The translations under genes and the position numbers were made by a program. The notes beneath the pieces are model-generated. The model did no database searches, was not told where the DNA came from, and saw only the letters and a list, made by a program, of their open reading frames with translations. 64,000 nucleotides of DNA from Octopus bimaculoides (taxonomy: Eukaryota): NCBI RefSeq assembly GCF_001194135.2, contig NC_068983.1:140522850-140586849 (forward strand). The letters are read 5' to 3'. Positions 63,247-64,000 of the stretch are shown here, piece by piece; the stretch's first letter is position 1, and each line of letters begins with the position of its first letter.

Positions 63247-64000
63247 TGAGGGAGGGATAGAGTCGTTAGATAGATACAGATATATACATGTAAACATTTT
63301 TACAAACATACATATTCATTTGGTCACGAACATTCATATCCAATGAATACATAGAATATGTATATTTATTTCAATGCATGTATAACTTTATTTCTTTCTT
63401 CCGTCAGACAAAGATGTTACTTTTTGCATATTACTATGCATAATATTCCGAAATACAAATATGTCCTATCGCTTTGAGCTCTTTTTTCCTAATTTACACT
63501 GAGATAATATCCTTGTTGCATATTCCATATATCTGTGTACATCTATAATATTTAATGCAGCTTCTGAGAGTTCTTCTCTTTCATGTATAATTTTACATAT
63601 ATAGAAATAAACGTGCCAAAAGATATTTCGGTTTGTCTCGTTAAATAATGAAGGGACAAAATTTAAGCATTCTGACATCGATGGGCAATATGTGACATAT
63701 TATTTTCATTATTACCGCTGGTGATGAAGGCAAAGAACAGGAATGCAGTGACTATTCTCCTACTAGAGACAAATGATTTCTTCCATTAATAAGAACTACA
63801 GAGTATAAAAAAACTAGATATATTGTCATATATCATGGTACTAGAAACTTTTACGTGTTTTATATCACTTTACTTTAAGATTTATAATATTCATGAATTC
63901 GATATCTACGAGTTTGACTTGTTTTAAACATACTACACTGTGTAATATCATCATTGTATCTATGAAATATTTGTGTGAAAGAGTGAGTGTGAGTCTGCAT

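Noticed and set aside
63466-63678. 70-aa minus-strand ORF with protein-like composition
   Set aside because: No recognisable homology or clear splice signals. Its length is within chance expectation.
1-64000. CRISPR arrays, rRNA, bona fide tRNA genes, prokaryotic operons
   Set aside because: None seen. The tRNA-like boxes belong to SINE heads, and the sequence is eukaryotic.

Overview
Eukaryotic, AT-rich, microsatellite-dense draft-assembly window with many N gaps. The repeat content looks like an octopus/cephalopod genome (inference from repeat resemblance, not verified). Most of the window is decayed mobile DNA: several Penelope-like elements (RT + GIY-YIG), CR1-like and L1/Tx1-like LINE fragments, the tail of an R4/Dong-like element, a Ty3/Gypsy remnant, two mariner elements (one with both TIRs and a TA TSD) and tRNA-type SINEs. 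The only recognisable host genes are three intronless, highly diverged alanine aminotransferase (GPT/ALT, fold-type I PLP enzyme) paralogues: a pseudogene on the - strand (~1.7-2.7 kb), a complete ORF (25636-26964) and an ORF that runs into a gap (36692-37740+). All three carry Arg in place of the catalytic PLP-binding Lys. The two open copies also lack other PLP-contact residues, so they look like a duplicated pseudo-enzyme family. A near-canonical minimal type I hammerhead ribozyme lies at the 3' end of one Penelope-like element (18781-18829).
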